IMG/VR virus record: IMGVR_UViG_3300045988_043439
Coordinates: 1 to 58,137 of that record
Reading direction: 5' to 3' (one strand)
DNA: 58,137 bases
Source: a virus
Position numbers and translations under genes: made by a program
Part shown: positions 24,741-34,159 of the stretch, in pieces
Position numbering within the stretch: the first letter of the stretch is position 1
How the letters are laid out: each line of letters begins with the position of its first letter
The notes under the pieces: generated by a model
What the model saw: only the letters and a program-made list of their open reading frames with translations
Database searches by the model: none
What the model was told of the DNA's origin: nothing

Positions 24741-24902
24741 ATGAAGAAAGGACTTTACAAGCGCAGGACAACAGGTGAATGCCACTATTGCGATTATAGA
24801 TGCCGAAAGGGTCACAGATGCTCGTGGTATAAGCGGTATGTGAAGAAAACCATCGGGTCTGGATTGAAGCGAACTTTTGGCATTGTTCGCAACCTAGAAT
24901 AA
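24741..24902 (+). CDS. Small basic Cys/His-rich protein
   Basis: MKKGLYKRRTTGECHYCDYRCRKGHRCSWYKRY. Confidence 0.4.
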   Translation: MKKGLYKRRTTGECHYCDYRCRKGHRCSWYKRYVKKTIGSGLKRTFGIVRNLE

Positions 24903-24927
24903 AACCGAATGAGAAAGGGAAAGCGAC

Positions 24928-25089
24928 ATGAAAAATGTAAAATTGTCAGAGCAGAGTTTGAAACTCATTGAAACGCTGTGCGATTACATCGACAAGCCTG
25001 ATATTCTCAACGCCGTTGCAGACGCCTTGTATTACGATACGGACGAGTTGAAACGCAGGCTCAACCAGCTTGCAGAAGAAGTCAAATAA
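24928..25089 (+). CDS. Small helical protein (53 aa, hand-called)
   Basis: MKNVKLSEQSLKLIETLCDYIDKPDILNAVADALYYDTDELKRRLNQLAEEVK. Confidence 0.4.
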   Translation: MKNVKLSEQSLKLIETLCDYIDKPDILNAVADALYYDTDELKRRLNQLAEEVK

Positions 25090-25222
25090 ACCGTGCAACC
25101 CATTTATTAAGATGGATTTTAGTAAATAATTTTTCCGAAACAGCATTATAAAACCGAATATTTGATTTTTGTGCAGTTGTAGGCACTCTTTACATTTTCA
25201 GGTAGGGGGTGCCTATTTTTTT

Positions 25223-27898
25223 ATGCAGCCAAAGCAGTGTATCGCCATCATTGACAGTATCAAAGCGTATGCGAAGCAGAATCCGACCGAAGCACAGGTC
25301 TATGAGGACTGGTTTCAGGCGGTGGTGAACCTGAGAGATGCCCTGCCGCAAGACAAGCGGTTTGATGCCTACAAATACTCTGGAGAGCTGCGCTCTGTCT
25401 GCGCAGCCATGATGGGCAAGATGAAAACAGGCGAGGACGTGGCGAAGGTTTATGACATTATCGGCCGGACGTACCTGTTTGAAGCAAAGGATGTGTTCGA
25501 CAGCTATTGCATCTACCTTGAATGGAACCGTGCGCCGGAAAAGAAGTTCTATCAGCCGAGACGCAGGGTTTTGAAAGTGCTGGCAGATGACCTTGAGGAC
25601 TTGTTTTATAAGCGGATTGACTTCTTGGGAGTTAGTTTGCCCGCTCGCGTCGGCAAGCTTTTGAGTGATGATACGCCAATTCTTACACGAAATGGCTGGA
25701 AGAATCACGGCGATTTACAAGTCGGTGATGAAGTTATCAGCCCAAAAGGTCAGTTTGTGAAGGTGCTGGCAGTATCTCCGAAGAATTATGCAAATATCCG
25801 CTGCCATTTCTCTGACGGCACATACATTGACTGCCATGAAAACCACGAGTGGCCTGTTTACAGCAAACATTCCAATGGGTTCAAAGTGCTTGAAACAAAG
25901 CAAATGATGAATGACTTTGAATCGGGGAAACCGGGACATCGCGGTCATAGATATTTCTATTATTCTCCTGTTTGCAATTTTGTTGAGGGAGAATATAAAA
26001 AGCTACCCGTTGAGCCATACACACTGGGCGCATGGCTTGGCGATGGAACAAATCAAAAGCCCTTGATTTGCGAATCAAAACAGGACAGATGTATTATCGA
26101 AAGAATTGTCAACGACGGATATGCCATCGGGAATTATTACGTCCATAAGACAACAGGGGTAGAATATTTTCATTTTGATGGGCTTCGTGCCGACCTAAAA
26201 AAGATTGATATGTGCTATCGCTCTACTCGTTGTGTGAAGCATATCCCTGAAGAATACTTTACCGCTAGCATTGCACAGCGCATGGAACTGTTGGCTGGTT
26301 TGCTTGATACAGATGGAATGCTAAAAAAAGGCGAAAATAGATATTCTTTTTCTACAACAGAACCGCAGCTCCGCGATGATTTCACTACGCTTGTTTCAAC
26401 ATTCGGTTGGCGTTGCTCTGTAACCAGTTATGCCCCTCGCGTTTCTTCTAGTGGTGTTCATGGGAGAAAAACTGTTTATCGGATTGATTTTAATCCAACT
26501 TGCCCTATCCCTTGCGTTGTTCCTCGTAAACAAATGAAATCGTTCTCCAAACCTCGCCGTGTGGCGTTTTGCGGGTTTGAACGCATCGAGCCGAAGCAGG
26601 GCAACTGCATTCAGGTTGAGGGTGGCGTGTACTGCGCTGGTAAGCGGCTGATTCCCACCCATAACAGTACCTTGTGCATCTTTTTCATCACATGGCTAAT
26701 GGGCAACCGCCCTGACGTTGCATCGGTTATGAGCGGACACTCTGACAAGCTGACCAATGGTTTCTACGGCGAAGTGCTGTCCATCATTACTGACCCTGTG
26801 ACCTACAACTGGGGCAAAATTTTTCCTGACGTTCAGCTTGTGGATAAAAGCGCAAAGGACGAAAGCGTTGACCTGAACCGAAAGAAGCGCTTCCCCACCC
26901 TGACTTGCCGCTCAATCGGCGGTACGCTGACTGGTGCTGTTGAAATCGGCGAGGGCGGCGTTTTGTACAGCGATGACTTGATCGAGGACTTGGAGGAAAG
27001 TCTGAACGTTGAGCGTTTGAACAACAAGTACGATGCCTACCTGAACCAGCTAAAAGACCGCAAAAAGCAAGGCGCATTGGAACTGATGGTCGGTACGCGC
27101 TGGAACGTTCTTGACCCTCTTGGACGCATCCAGAACCAATATGCAGACAATCCGAAGTACCGCTTTCGAGTGATTCCTGCGGTGGACGAGAACGGGCACA
27201 GCAACTTCAATTATGACTATGGCGTTGGGTTTGACGATGCCTACTATGCCGATATGAAAGCCAGCATTGATGATGCAACATGGTGGGCAAAGTACATGGG
27301 CAAGCCCTATGTGCGTGAAGGTCTGCTATTCCCTGCTGATGAACTGCGGTATTTCAACGGTGTTCTGCCTGATGGGGAGCCAGATCGCAAGCTTATGGTC
27401 ATGGATATTGCATGGGGCGGCGGTGACTTCACCGCCTGTCCTATCGCTTATGTGTACGGGGATGCTGTGTTCATCCCTGATCTCGTGTTCAATAACGGCG
27501 ATAAGACCGTAACCAGACCGGAAGTCGTGGGCAAAATCATCCAGCACAAAATTAACGTGGTGCGTGGCGAAGCCAACAACGGCGGCGATGAATATTGTGA
27601 CGTGGTGGACAGCCAGCTCCGGCAGCAGGGCTATCACTGCTCTGTCCGCAGCCAGCGTGCGCCCAGTGGCCAGAGCAAGCTGTCAAGAATCATTCAGTAT
27701 GCGCCAGATATCAAACGGTTCTATTTCCTTGACGAAAAACACCAGTCAAAAGAGTACAAGGCGTTCATGGAACAGGTCACGATGTTCACGCAGCTTGGCA
27801 AAGTTCCGCACGATGATGCACCGGATAGTCTGGCTCAGCTTGCCGATGAATTGTATAACGGAATCAGTAAAATTGAGCCTGTCAAGAGGCCTTTTTGA
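25223..27898 (+). CDS. terL: Terminase large subunit, interrupted by an intein (extein about 555 aa)
   Basis: Walker A LPARVGK//ST is restored when 25658-26665 is removed; the C-terminal nuclease-type region is acidic. The start is uncertain because the RBS is poor. Confidence 0.85.
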   Translation: MQPKQCIAIIDSIKAYAKQNPTEAQVYEDWFQAVVNLRDALPQDKRFDAYKYSGELRSVCAAMMGKMKTGEDVAKVYDIIGRTYLFEAKDVFDSYCIYLEWNRAPEKKFYQPRRRVLKVLADDLEDLFYKRIDFLGVSLPARVGKLLSDDTPILTRNGWKNHGDLQVGDEVISPKGQFVKVLAVSPKNYANIRCHFSDGTYIDCHENHEWPVYSKHSNGFKVLETKQMMNDFESGKPGHRGHRYFYYSPVCNFVEGEYKKLPVEPYTLGAWLGDGTNQKPLICESKQDRCIIERIVNDGYAIGNYYVHKTTGVEYFHFDGLRADLKKIDMCYRSTRCVKHIPEEYFTASIAQRMELLAGLLDTDGMLKKGENRYSFSTTEPQLRDDFTTLVSTFGWRCSVTSYAPRVSSSGVHGRKTVYRIDFNPTCPIPCVVPRKQMKSFSKPRRVAFCGFERIEPKQGNCIQVEGGVYCAGKRLIPTHNSTLCIFFITWLMGNRPDVASVMSGHSDKLTNGFYGEVLSIITDPVTYNWGKIFPDVQLVDKSAKDESVDLNRKKRFPTLTCRSIGGTLTGAVEIGEGGVLYSDDLIEDLEESLNVERLNNKYDAYLNQLKDRKKQGALELMVGTRWNVLDPLGRIQNQYADNPKYRFRVIPAVDENGHSNFNYDYGVGFDDAYYADMKASIDDATWWAKYMGKPYVREGLLFPADELRYFNGVLPDGEPDRKLMVMDIAWGGGDFTACPIAYVYGDAVFIPDLVFNNGDKTVTRPEVVGKIIQHKINVVRGEANNGGDEYCDVVDSQLRQQGYHCSVRSQRAPSGQSKLSRIIQYAPDIKRFYFLDEKHQSKEYKAFMEQVTMFTQLGKVPHDDAPDSLAQLADELYNGISKIEPVKRPF
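25658..26665 (+). mobile_element. Intein (336 aa) with an embedded LAGLIDADG homing endonuclease; class-3-like WCT signature
   Basis: Begins LLSDDTPIL (no Cys/Ser1) and ends IPTHN/S. Block B HENHEW, block F GNCIQVEG. LAGLIDADG motifs LGAWLGDG and LAGLLDTDG. Confidence 0.8.
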
Positions 27899-27937
27899 TT
27901 AAAAACACAATATATTGTGTTCGCTGGGTCTATTTAT

Positions 27938-27967
27938 TTGATTTCACCACTTGACAAGGCTTATAAT
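27938..27967 (+). promoter_or_regulatory. Sigma-70-type promoter preceded by a 16-bp palindrome (27905-27920)
   Basis: TTGATT-18 nt-TATAAT; palindrome ACACAATATATTGTGT upstream. Confidence 0.5.
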
Positions 27968-27974
27968 GTACGCA

Positions 27975-28320
27975 GGAAGTTTTGCAGCTTCCCTTAAAGG
28001 AATAGCTTGCACGCGGGGTTTTGTCATTTTACTCGCGTGCGTGTCAACAAGCATATTCCTCCTTTCACCGGTGGAGGTTTTCTCACTCTTTCACCTTCAC
28101 CGGGCTTTATATGTTGCGTTTCCAATTGTAAGGGGAATGCCAGTCTGTCTCCTCCACGGCTGGCAAGCAACGGTTCGATTCCGTTACGCAGCACAACCAA
28201 CCACCTAGCTTTGCATGGACTTATTCTCCAAAACCTCCACCGCTATTCCCGGCTCTCGATGCAATGGTTAGGCATGACATTGCAAAGAGCAGCGGTTAAT
28301 TAATCAAGCCGGGTTTTTAT
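27975..28320 (+). ncRNA. About 345-nt ORF-poor structured RNA region
   Basis: 13-bp long-range pairing of 28069-28081 with 28230-28242; hairpins gcacgcg/cgcgtgc and gcaatg/cattgc; closing stem cccggct/agccggg plus T5. Confidence 0.4.
28113..28193 (+). ncRNA. tRNA-like element with a 16-nt anticodon loop and a short D-arm
   Basis: Acceptor gttgcgt/acgcagc, T-arm aacgg-ttcgatt-ccgtt, stem tgccag/ctggca enclosing tctgtctcctccacgg; no encoded CCA. Confidence 0.35.
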
Positions 28321-28398
28321 GTTGCATTAGCTCAGTTAGGCTAGAGCATCCGGCTCATAACCGGACATACATTGGTTCAAATCCATTATGCAGCACCA
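28321..28398 (+). tRNA. tRNA with anticodon CAT (Met, fMet or Ile2), CCA encoded
   Basis: Hand-folded: gttgcat/atgcagc acceptor, gctc/gagc D-stem, tccgg-ctCATaa-ccgga, attgg-ttcaaat-ccatt, then A-CCA. Confidence 0.8.
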
Positions 28399-28564
28399 AA
28401 ATTGCAGCCGACCCGTTGACTGTCCGTCAAACTGAATGTAAAGACTGCAATGGTTTTCTTCGGGCGAAGAATAGCACGGCTGGAAGTGCGAACAGTTTCC
28501 CAGTAGCTTCTGACAGGTCTGTGCTCAACAGCCTGTTTCCAGAAATCCAACGAAAGGAGCACAG

Positions 28565-28753
28565 ATGGTAGCAAAAGTAAGATGCAAGCGTCCTCGAAAA
28601 GACGCAAACGGCAATCCGTGTGATTGCGGACGTTATCTTGGCGAAGTGGAAGGTAAGTTCTCCCTTCTGTGCCCTCTTTGCCATTGGATTACAATTGGAG
28701 ATTCCAACCTTCCAAAAGATACATGGGTCTCCGTACCAAAGTTTAAAAACTGA
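28565..28753 (+). CDS. Com-like zinc-finger protein
   Basis: VRCKR...CDCGRYLGEVEGKFSLLCPLCHW resembles the Mu Com pattern (C..C..LG.VEG....CP.C); RBS AAAGGAG. Confidence 0.45.
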   Translation: MVAKVRCKRPRKDANGNPCDCGRYLGEVEGKFSLLCPLCHWITIGDSNLPKDTWVSVPKFKN

Positions 28754-28845
28754 ATAGTTTTTGAAGCGCAGTTGTAAGCGCAGTGAGATAGACCTTAACA
28801 GGTTTGTCTTGCTGCGCTTTTTATTTTGCCGGAAAGGAGGAACGC

Positions 28846-30360
28846 ATGGCTGAGTATCAGATAGTTGTTGACGGCTTCTTGAATGAGCCGCTAACCGGAC
28901 GCAGGCCGATTGAAACGCCGGAGACGGAAATCAATCGGGTGAATGTTCTGAAAGTGGTTATGGGCAAGGCAGAGCCTATTCATCTGCTGAACAAGAACGA
29001 GATTCGTTTTCTGCATAACTACTACTTGGGTAGCCAGCCTGTCCTCCATCGCACGAAGGAGTACCACGCTGAAATCACCAACCGTATTGTAGAGAACCAT
29101 GCCAACGAGTGCGTTGGCTTCTACACCGGCTACATGAGCGGCACTCCTTGCTCTTATGTGCGGTCTGAAACTGCAACAGGTGACGGCGAGGAAATTGCCC
29201 GTCTGTCCAATGCTTTGCAGTATGAGGGCAAGGATGCGCTTGATCGGCGGCTCTGGCAGTGGATGTTGGAGTGCGGACAGGGATACCGCATTGTTCTTCC
29301 TGACAAGGGGTACAACGGCAACTACCCGGATGAAACGCCTCTGCTGGTGGACGTTCCCGACCCAGACATGGCGTATGTGATTTACAATTCCGGCATCGGG
29401 CATAAGCCTATTGCCAACGTGCTGCATATCCCACGCAATTATCAGAACGACTTAAACGACCTGATTTGCGTGTACACGCCGAACCAGTACTTTGAAATCG
29501 ACAACGGCAAGGTTACAAAGTCTGAGAATCACTCTCTCGGAATGTTGCCGATGGTCGAATACAAGCTGAACCCGGAGCGTATGGGTCTGTTTGAACCGGC
29601 TATCCCTGTGCTGGATGCCATCAACGACCTTGAAAGCAACCGTTTAGACGGTGTGGCGCAGTTCATCCAGTCCATCATGGTGTTTACCAACTGCCTTGTG
29701 GATGATAACGCACTGAAACAGGTCAAAGAGCTTGGCGCAATGTGTCTGAAATCTACAACCAGCTTGCCTGCCTCCGTTTCGCAGATTGCAAATGAGCTTG
29801 ACCAGCAGCAGAGCCAGACCTTGCTTGATTCCATGTTGAACGTGTACCGCAGTCTGACTGCCATGCCTAGTGCTACTGGCAGCGAAAACGCAACGTCCGA
29901 CAATGTTGGCGCGGTCATCGTCCGCAACGGTTGGAATCACACCGAAGCAAGAGCGCAGCAGTATGAGAATATGTTCAAGTACGCTGAACGCCATAGCTTG
30001 TCTGTGATGCTCAAAATTCTGCGTGACACGGCTGGTTCTAAGCTGATGGCAAGTGACATCAACATCAAACTGCCACGCCGTCAGTACGACAACCAGCAGA
30101 GTAAGGTTCAGATTTTTGCACAGATGATTCAGCAGCCGATTGACCCGCAGTTGGCGTTCACCACGCCCGGTCTGTTCCCTGACCCGCAGGCTGCTTATGA
30201 AATGAGCAAGCCATTCTTGATTGCTGCTGGCAAGCTGGGCGAGGACGGGAAAGCGCCGAAGCCGCAGGAACAGCCCAAACGGGATGTTACCGGCACAAAT
30301 GTCGGGAACATAGCAGATGAACAGTCTGCCGATACCAATAAAGAAACAGAGGGCCAATAA
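28846..30360 (+). CDS. Portal protein (SPP1 gp6-like)
   Basis: About 500 aa, first large gene after terL and followed by scaffold and capsid genes; acidic C-terminus; RBS GGAAAGGAGG. Confidence 0.75.
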   Translation: MAEYQIVVDGFLNEPLTGRRPIETPETEINRVNVLKVVMGKAEPIHLLNKNEIRFLHNYYLGSQPVLHRTKEYHAEITNRIVENHANECVGFYTGYMSGTPCSYVRSETATGDGEEIARLSNALQYEGKDALDRRLWQWMLECGQGYRIVLPDKGYNGNYPDETPLLVDVPDPDMAYVIYNSGIGHKPIANVLHIPRNYQNDLNDLICVYTPNQYFEIDNGKVTKSENHSLGMLPMVEYKLNPERMGLFEPAIPVLDAINDLESNRLDGVAQFIQSIMVFTNCLVDDNALKQVKELGAMCLKSTTSLPASVSQIANELDQQQSQTLLDSMLNVYRSLTAMPSATGSENATSDNVGAVIVRNGWNHTEARAQQYENMFKYAERHSLSVMLKILRDTAGSKLMASDINIKLPRRQYDNQQSKVQIFAQMIQQPIDPQLAFTTPGLFPDPQAAYEMSKPFLIAAGKLGEDGKAPKPQEQPKRDVTGTNVGNIADEQSADTNKETEGQ

Positions 30361-30454
30361 CCCTTTGCTATAAATACGGCAGGGAAGCCGGGATACAAAT
30401 TTCGCAGCGTTGCAGGGAAGCAACGGTAAAAAAACGCAGGAGGAAATTAACGAT

Positions 30455-31039
30455 ATGAAACTCAATGTGTTGCTTGGTGATGCCTACAAAGAGGGCATGA
30501 CCGCCGATGAAATTATTTCTGCGCTTGAAAAGGTTGCAGACCCTAACGCAGAGATTGAGAAGCTGCGCAACGCCGTGACGAAAGCCAATGGCGAAGCTGC
30601 CGAGTACAAGAAGCAGCTCAAGGAAAAGCGTACCGATGACGAGAATGCCGCACAGGAACAGGCTGACAAGCTGGCAGAGATGCAGAAGCAGATTGAAGCC
30701 CTGACTGCCGACAAGGAAAACCTCGTCAAGGAAAAGACTCTTGCATCTTACCGTGAGAAGTTTGTTGCACAGGGTTATAACGCTGAACTCGCCAACAAGG
30801 CTGCATCTGCACTGGCTGACGGTGACATGGACAAGGTGTTTAAGTTCCAGTCGGAGTTTATGACCGCCCACGACACCGCATACAAGGCTTCCCTGCTGAA
30901 GGATATGCCCACACCTCCGGGTGCGGATGGCAATGGTGACGGCGCAGATAGCGCAGGAGTTTCCTTTGCTAAACGCTTTGCGAAGGAGCGTGCAGACGCA
31001 AACAAGGCATCGAGTGACGCAATGACTGCTTTCCATTAA
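30455..31039 (+). CDS. Scaffolding protein
   Basis: Alanine/lysine/glutamate-rich coiled coil located between the portal and capsid genes. Confidence 0.6.
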   Translation: MKLNVLLGDAYKEGMTADEIISALEKVADPNAEIEKLRNAVTKANGEAAEYKKQLKEKRTDDENAAQEQADKLAEMQKQIEALTADKENLVKEKTLASYREKFVAQGYNAELANKAASALADGDMDKVFKFQSEFMTAHDTAYKASLLKDMPTPPGADGNGDGADSAGVSFAKRFAKERADANKASSDAMTAFH

Positions 31040-31049
31040 GGAGGAAAAC

Positions 31050-31424
31050 ATGAAGTACACCAATACTCCGGTATCGGCTCCTGAAAGCACTATTCTGGCT
31101 GCTGATACCTACGTTGCCATTCCCTTTACCGTCAAGGAGACCAATGCCGTTCCGGCTGGCTATCCTATGGCAAAGACTGGCCTGAAAGCTGCTGCCACTA
31201 CTGGCACCAGTGCTGCTGATGCAGCTACCGATGCCATTGGCATTCTGCTGCACACTGTTGACCCTGCCGTCAACCCCAATGGCGCACTGCTGATTCAGGG
31301 CGTTATTGATGTGGACAAGGCAAAGCTGTCCGGCTTTACCTATTCTGCAAACGATATTGCCGCTCTGAAAAAGGCTGTTCCCGCCGTTTTCTGCCGTACC
31401 GATGTTGGCGCAAAGAGCGAGTAA
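31050..31424 (+). CDS. Head decoration-like protein
   Basis: 124 aa, Ala/Thr-rich, immediately upstream of the capsid gene (a lambda D/E-like arrangement). Confidence 0.45.
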   Translation: MKYTNTPVSAPESTILAADTYVAIPFTVKETNAVPAGYPMAKTGLKAAATTGTSAADAATDAIGILLHTVDPAVNPNGALLIQGVIDVDKAKLSGFTYSANDIAALKKAVPAVFCRTDVGAKSE

Positions 31425-31437
31425 GGAGGACTAAATT

Positions 31438-32514
31438 ATGGCACTGAATCTGAATGAAATCTTCTCCCCTGCTGCGATTGCCGCCTACTGGACGAATGAC
31501 CCGACCAATGCGCAGCCCTATGCTTCTGATGCTCTGTTCCCCGCCCGTAAGAAGGTCAGCATGGAACTGAAGTGGCTGCGTGGTCACAAGGGCGTTGGCG
31601 TTTCGCTGAAGCCTAGCGTGTTCGACACTAAGGCTACGTTCCGTACTCGTCAGGGCATCAAGATGACCGAGACCAATATGCCGTTCTTCCGTGAGGGTAC
31701 TCACATTGACGAGGAAGACCGCCGCAAGATTATCTCTGTTCTGGCTACCAATCAGGAGTTTGCGGCAGACGTTATCAATCGTGTCTACGATGATACCGCA
31801 CAGCTTATCACTGGTGCTCGTATCGTTCCTGAGCGTATGGTATGGCAGCTTCTGGCTCCCAAGGATGGCAAGCCCGGCATCTCCATCGAATCCAACGGCG
31901 TGAGTTACGTCTACGATTACGACCCTGACGGCACTTGGAAGCAGTCCAATTACAAGGCTCTGGCTACCAAGGAGAAGTGGGATGCTCCTACCACTGCAAC
32001 CCCCATCGCCACGATGACTACTGCCGCAAACACCGTGCTGGCAAACACTGGTGAAATTATCACCGATGCCTACATGAACACCAACACTTTCCACAAGATG
32101 ATTGCTGCGGATGAAATCAAAAACCGGTTCCTGACGGTTATGAAGACCCCCACCGCTGTTCTTGTCGATTCTGAGGCACGTTCTGTTGTCGAAAGCGCAT
32201 CCGGCATCCGCATCCACCTGTATGACAAGATGTTCAAGCCGGAAGAGACCGCTGCTGCCGAGAAGTATCTGCCTGATGGCTATGTCGTGCTGGCTCCTTC
32301 TGGCTCTCTGGGTAATATGTACTATGTTGCCACCCCTGAGGAAGTCGACCTGATGGCTGGCATCTCCAACGCACAGGTTTCCGTTGTGAACACTGGCGTT
32401 GCTGTTACCACCGAGCAGACCGTGCATCCCGTCAACACCAACATCTACGTCTCCGAAATCGTCCTGCCGTCCTTTGAGCGCATGGACGCTGTGTACTGCA
32501 TCAAGGCTTACTAA
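31438..32514 (+). CDS. Major capsid protein (lambda gpE-like family by eye)
   Basis: 358 aa, strong RBS AAGGAGGA; position and N-terminus ...AAYWTNDPTNAQPYASDALFPARK. Confidence 0.75.
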   Translation: MALNLNEIFSPAAIAAYWTNDPTNAQPYASDALFPARKKVSMELKWLRGHKGVGVSLKPSVFDTKATFRTRQGIKMTETNMPFFREGTHIDEEDRRKIISVLATNQEFAADVINRVYDDTAQLITGARIVPERMVWQLLAPKDGKPGISIESNGVSYVYDYDPDGTWKQSNYKALATKEKWDAPTTATPIATMTTAANTVLANTGEIITDAYMNTNTFHKMIAADEIKNRFLTVMKTPTAVLVDSEARSVVESASGIRIHLYDKMFKPEETAAAEKYLPDGYVVLAPSGSLGNMYYVATPEEVDLMAGISNAQVSVVNTGVAVTTEQTVHPVNTNIYVSEIVLPSFERMDAVYCIKAY

Positions 32515-32534
32515 GGCGAAAGGAGGAAAGCAGC

Positions 32535-32879
32535 ATGGGAGACCAGTATTCCGAAGCGGCAGTCAAGCTGGGGCAGTACATTGCTCCTGCACTTGACCGT
32601 GAAATCACGGACGAGGACTACCCACTTTTCGACCTGCTGCTTGATTTCGCCAAAGACAAGATATTTGCACAGGGCTACCCCTTCGGTAACAGACCGGACG
32701 AGCTGCCCTCGCAGTATCAGTCGTTGCAGATACGCATTGCAGCGGAACTGTATAACCACATCGGCGCGAACGGACAGACGAGCTATACCAACAACGGCAT
32801 TACTCGTGTTTGGGAAAGCTCCGATGTGGCGCAGTCCCTGCTGAATGAAGTGGTTCCGAGAGTAGGTGTTATCGGCTGA
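32535..32879 (+). CDS. Head-tail connector (gp6-like)
   Basis: Position and size; 114 aa. Confidence 0.5.
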   Translation: MGDQYSEAAVKLGQYIAPALDREITDEDYPLFDLLLDFAKDKIFAQGYPFGNRPDELPSQYQSLQIRIAAELYNHIGANGQTSYTNNGITRVWESSDVAQSLLNEVVPRVGVIG

Positions 32880-33253
32880 TGTTCAATGGAAGCCCGCTGG
32901 ATAAACGCCCGTTGTGGTATTCAAACCCGGTTGGCGAGAAAACGCCTGTTGTGGACGAGTGGGGCAACGAGACTGGCGAGACATCGCAGACGTGGAGTGA
33001 CCCTGCAAAGCTGATGTTGAACGTCAGCCCGCCTACTGGTTCTGCGGAAGCAAACCCTTTTGGAGCATTCACGGATTACAGCTACGTTGTCAGTTCGTCC
33101 AGTAAAAAGCACAACACACCGCTTTATGAAGGCACACACGTCTGGTTTCAGACGGACGTTTCAAAGCCCTTCAATTACATTGTGGTCAAGGTCGCAGAGC
33201 ATATTACAGACACGAAGTATGCTCTGAAAGAGGTGGCTGCAAGTGAAAATTAA
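32879..33253 (+). CDS. Head-tail adaptor / head closure protein
   Basis: Position and size; ATGA overlap. Confidence 0.4.
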   Translation: MFNGSPLDKRPLWYSNPVGEKTPVVDEWGNETGETSQTWSDPAKLMLNVSPPTGSAEANPFGAFTDYSYVVSSSSKKHNTPLYEGTHVWFQTDVSKPFNYIVVKVAEHITDTKYALKEVAASEN

Positions 33254-33761
33254 AGTGAGGTTGAGCGATGCCGGACTTCGTGATGCGGAACGTCAGATAC
33301 AGGAGTACAAGGCCACCCTGAACAAAAAGGCTAGAGCGTTTGCTTTTCGTCTTTCTTGGTTGGGGCTTGAAGTCGCAAAGATACGTTTTGCCAATGCGAA
33401 ATATTCTGGCTCCAATGACGTGAAATGCCATATCAACCAAAAAGACAAGACTTGTACCATCGTTGCAGAGGGCAAGGCAGTTGCCTTTATTGAGTTTGGC
33501 ACTGGCGTAGCGCATTCCGCTTATGGCGGCGAGCTTCCTGCTGGTGTTGGAGAACACGGCACTTACGGAAAAGGGAACGGCAAGCGTGACCACTGGAGTT
33601 ACTACGGAGACCCCGGCAATGATGCCAACACCGTGATGTACAAAAACAAGGGAACGCTAGTCGTAACCAGCGGCAACGAACCAGCTATGGCTATGTGGGG
33701 AGCTGTTGAGGAAATGGCTTCTCAAGTCGAAGCAACGTGGAGGGAGGTTTGGAATAGTTGA
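33243..33761 (+). CDS. HK97 gp10-like neck protein
   Basis: GTG start; ...AEGKAVAFIEFGTGV... pattern; position. Confidence 0.5.
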   Translation: MKIKVRLSDAGLRDAERQIQEYKATLNKKARAFAFRLSWLGLEVAKIRFANAKYSGSNDVKCHINQKDKTCTIVAEGKAVAFIEFGTGVAHSAYGGELPAGVGEHGTYGKGNGKRDHWSYYGDPGNDANTVMYKNKGTLVVTSGNEPAMAMWGAVEEMASQVEATWREVWNS

Positions 33762-34159
33762 TTGATTATTTCAACTCTATCTACATGGCTGTTGCTAAGG
33801 AACTGCGAAAACAAGTTCCAGGCGTCTTCGTTACTGGTGAAATCAATGACAGCAACGTTAAGAAGTTTCCGTGTGTGCAGATAGAGGAAAACAGCAATCT
33901 TCCTGTGCACATTGATTCTGCCGGGCACAGCAAGTACGCTGCCGTTTCCCTGCGTGTGCGTGTCTATTCCAATAAGAACACTGGACGCATTGCAGAAGCA
34001 CGTTCCATCGTTGGAATCGTGGATTCTATTCTTGAACCGCTCAATTTTTATCGCAAATCGTTTGCCCCGTTGAATGGGCTGTACAACAATTCCGTCTATC
34101 GGATTGATTGCAGCTACGGGGCAACAATCGGAGAGGACGGAATGATTTACCGAAACTAA
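33758..34159 (+). CDS. Tail terminator / tail completion protein
   Basis: Lies directly upstream of the major tail protein gene. Confidence 0.4.
   Translation: MIDYFNSIYMAVAKELRKQVPGVFVTGEINDSNVKKFPCVQIEENSNLPVHIDSAGHSKYAAVSLRVRVYSNKNTGRIAEARSIVGIVDSILEPLNFYRKSFAPLNGLYNNSVYRIDCSYGATIGEDGMIYRN

Noticed and set aside
27975-28320. Phage-encoded tmRNA
   Set aside because: A T-arm and a 3' acceptor-like strand are present, but they pair locally into a tRNA-like cloverleaf. I found no tag reading frame ending in a hydrophobic ..AA-stop, no 5' GGGG-type acceptor partner at the transcript start, and no encoded CCA.
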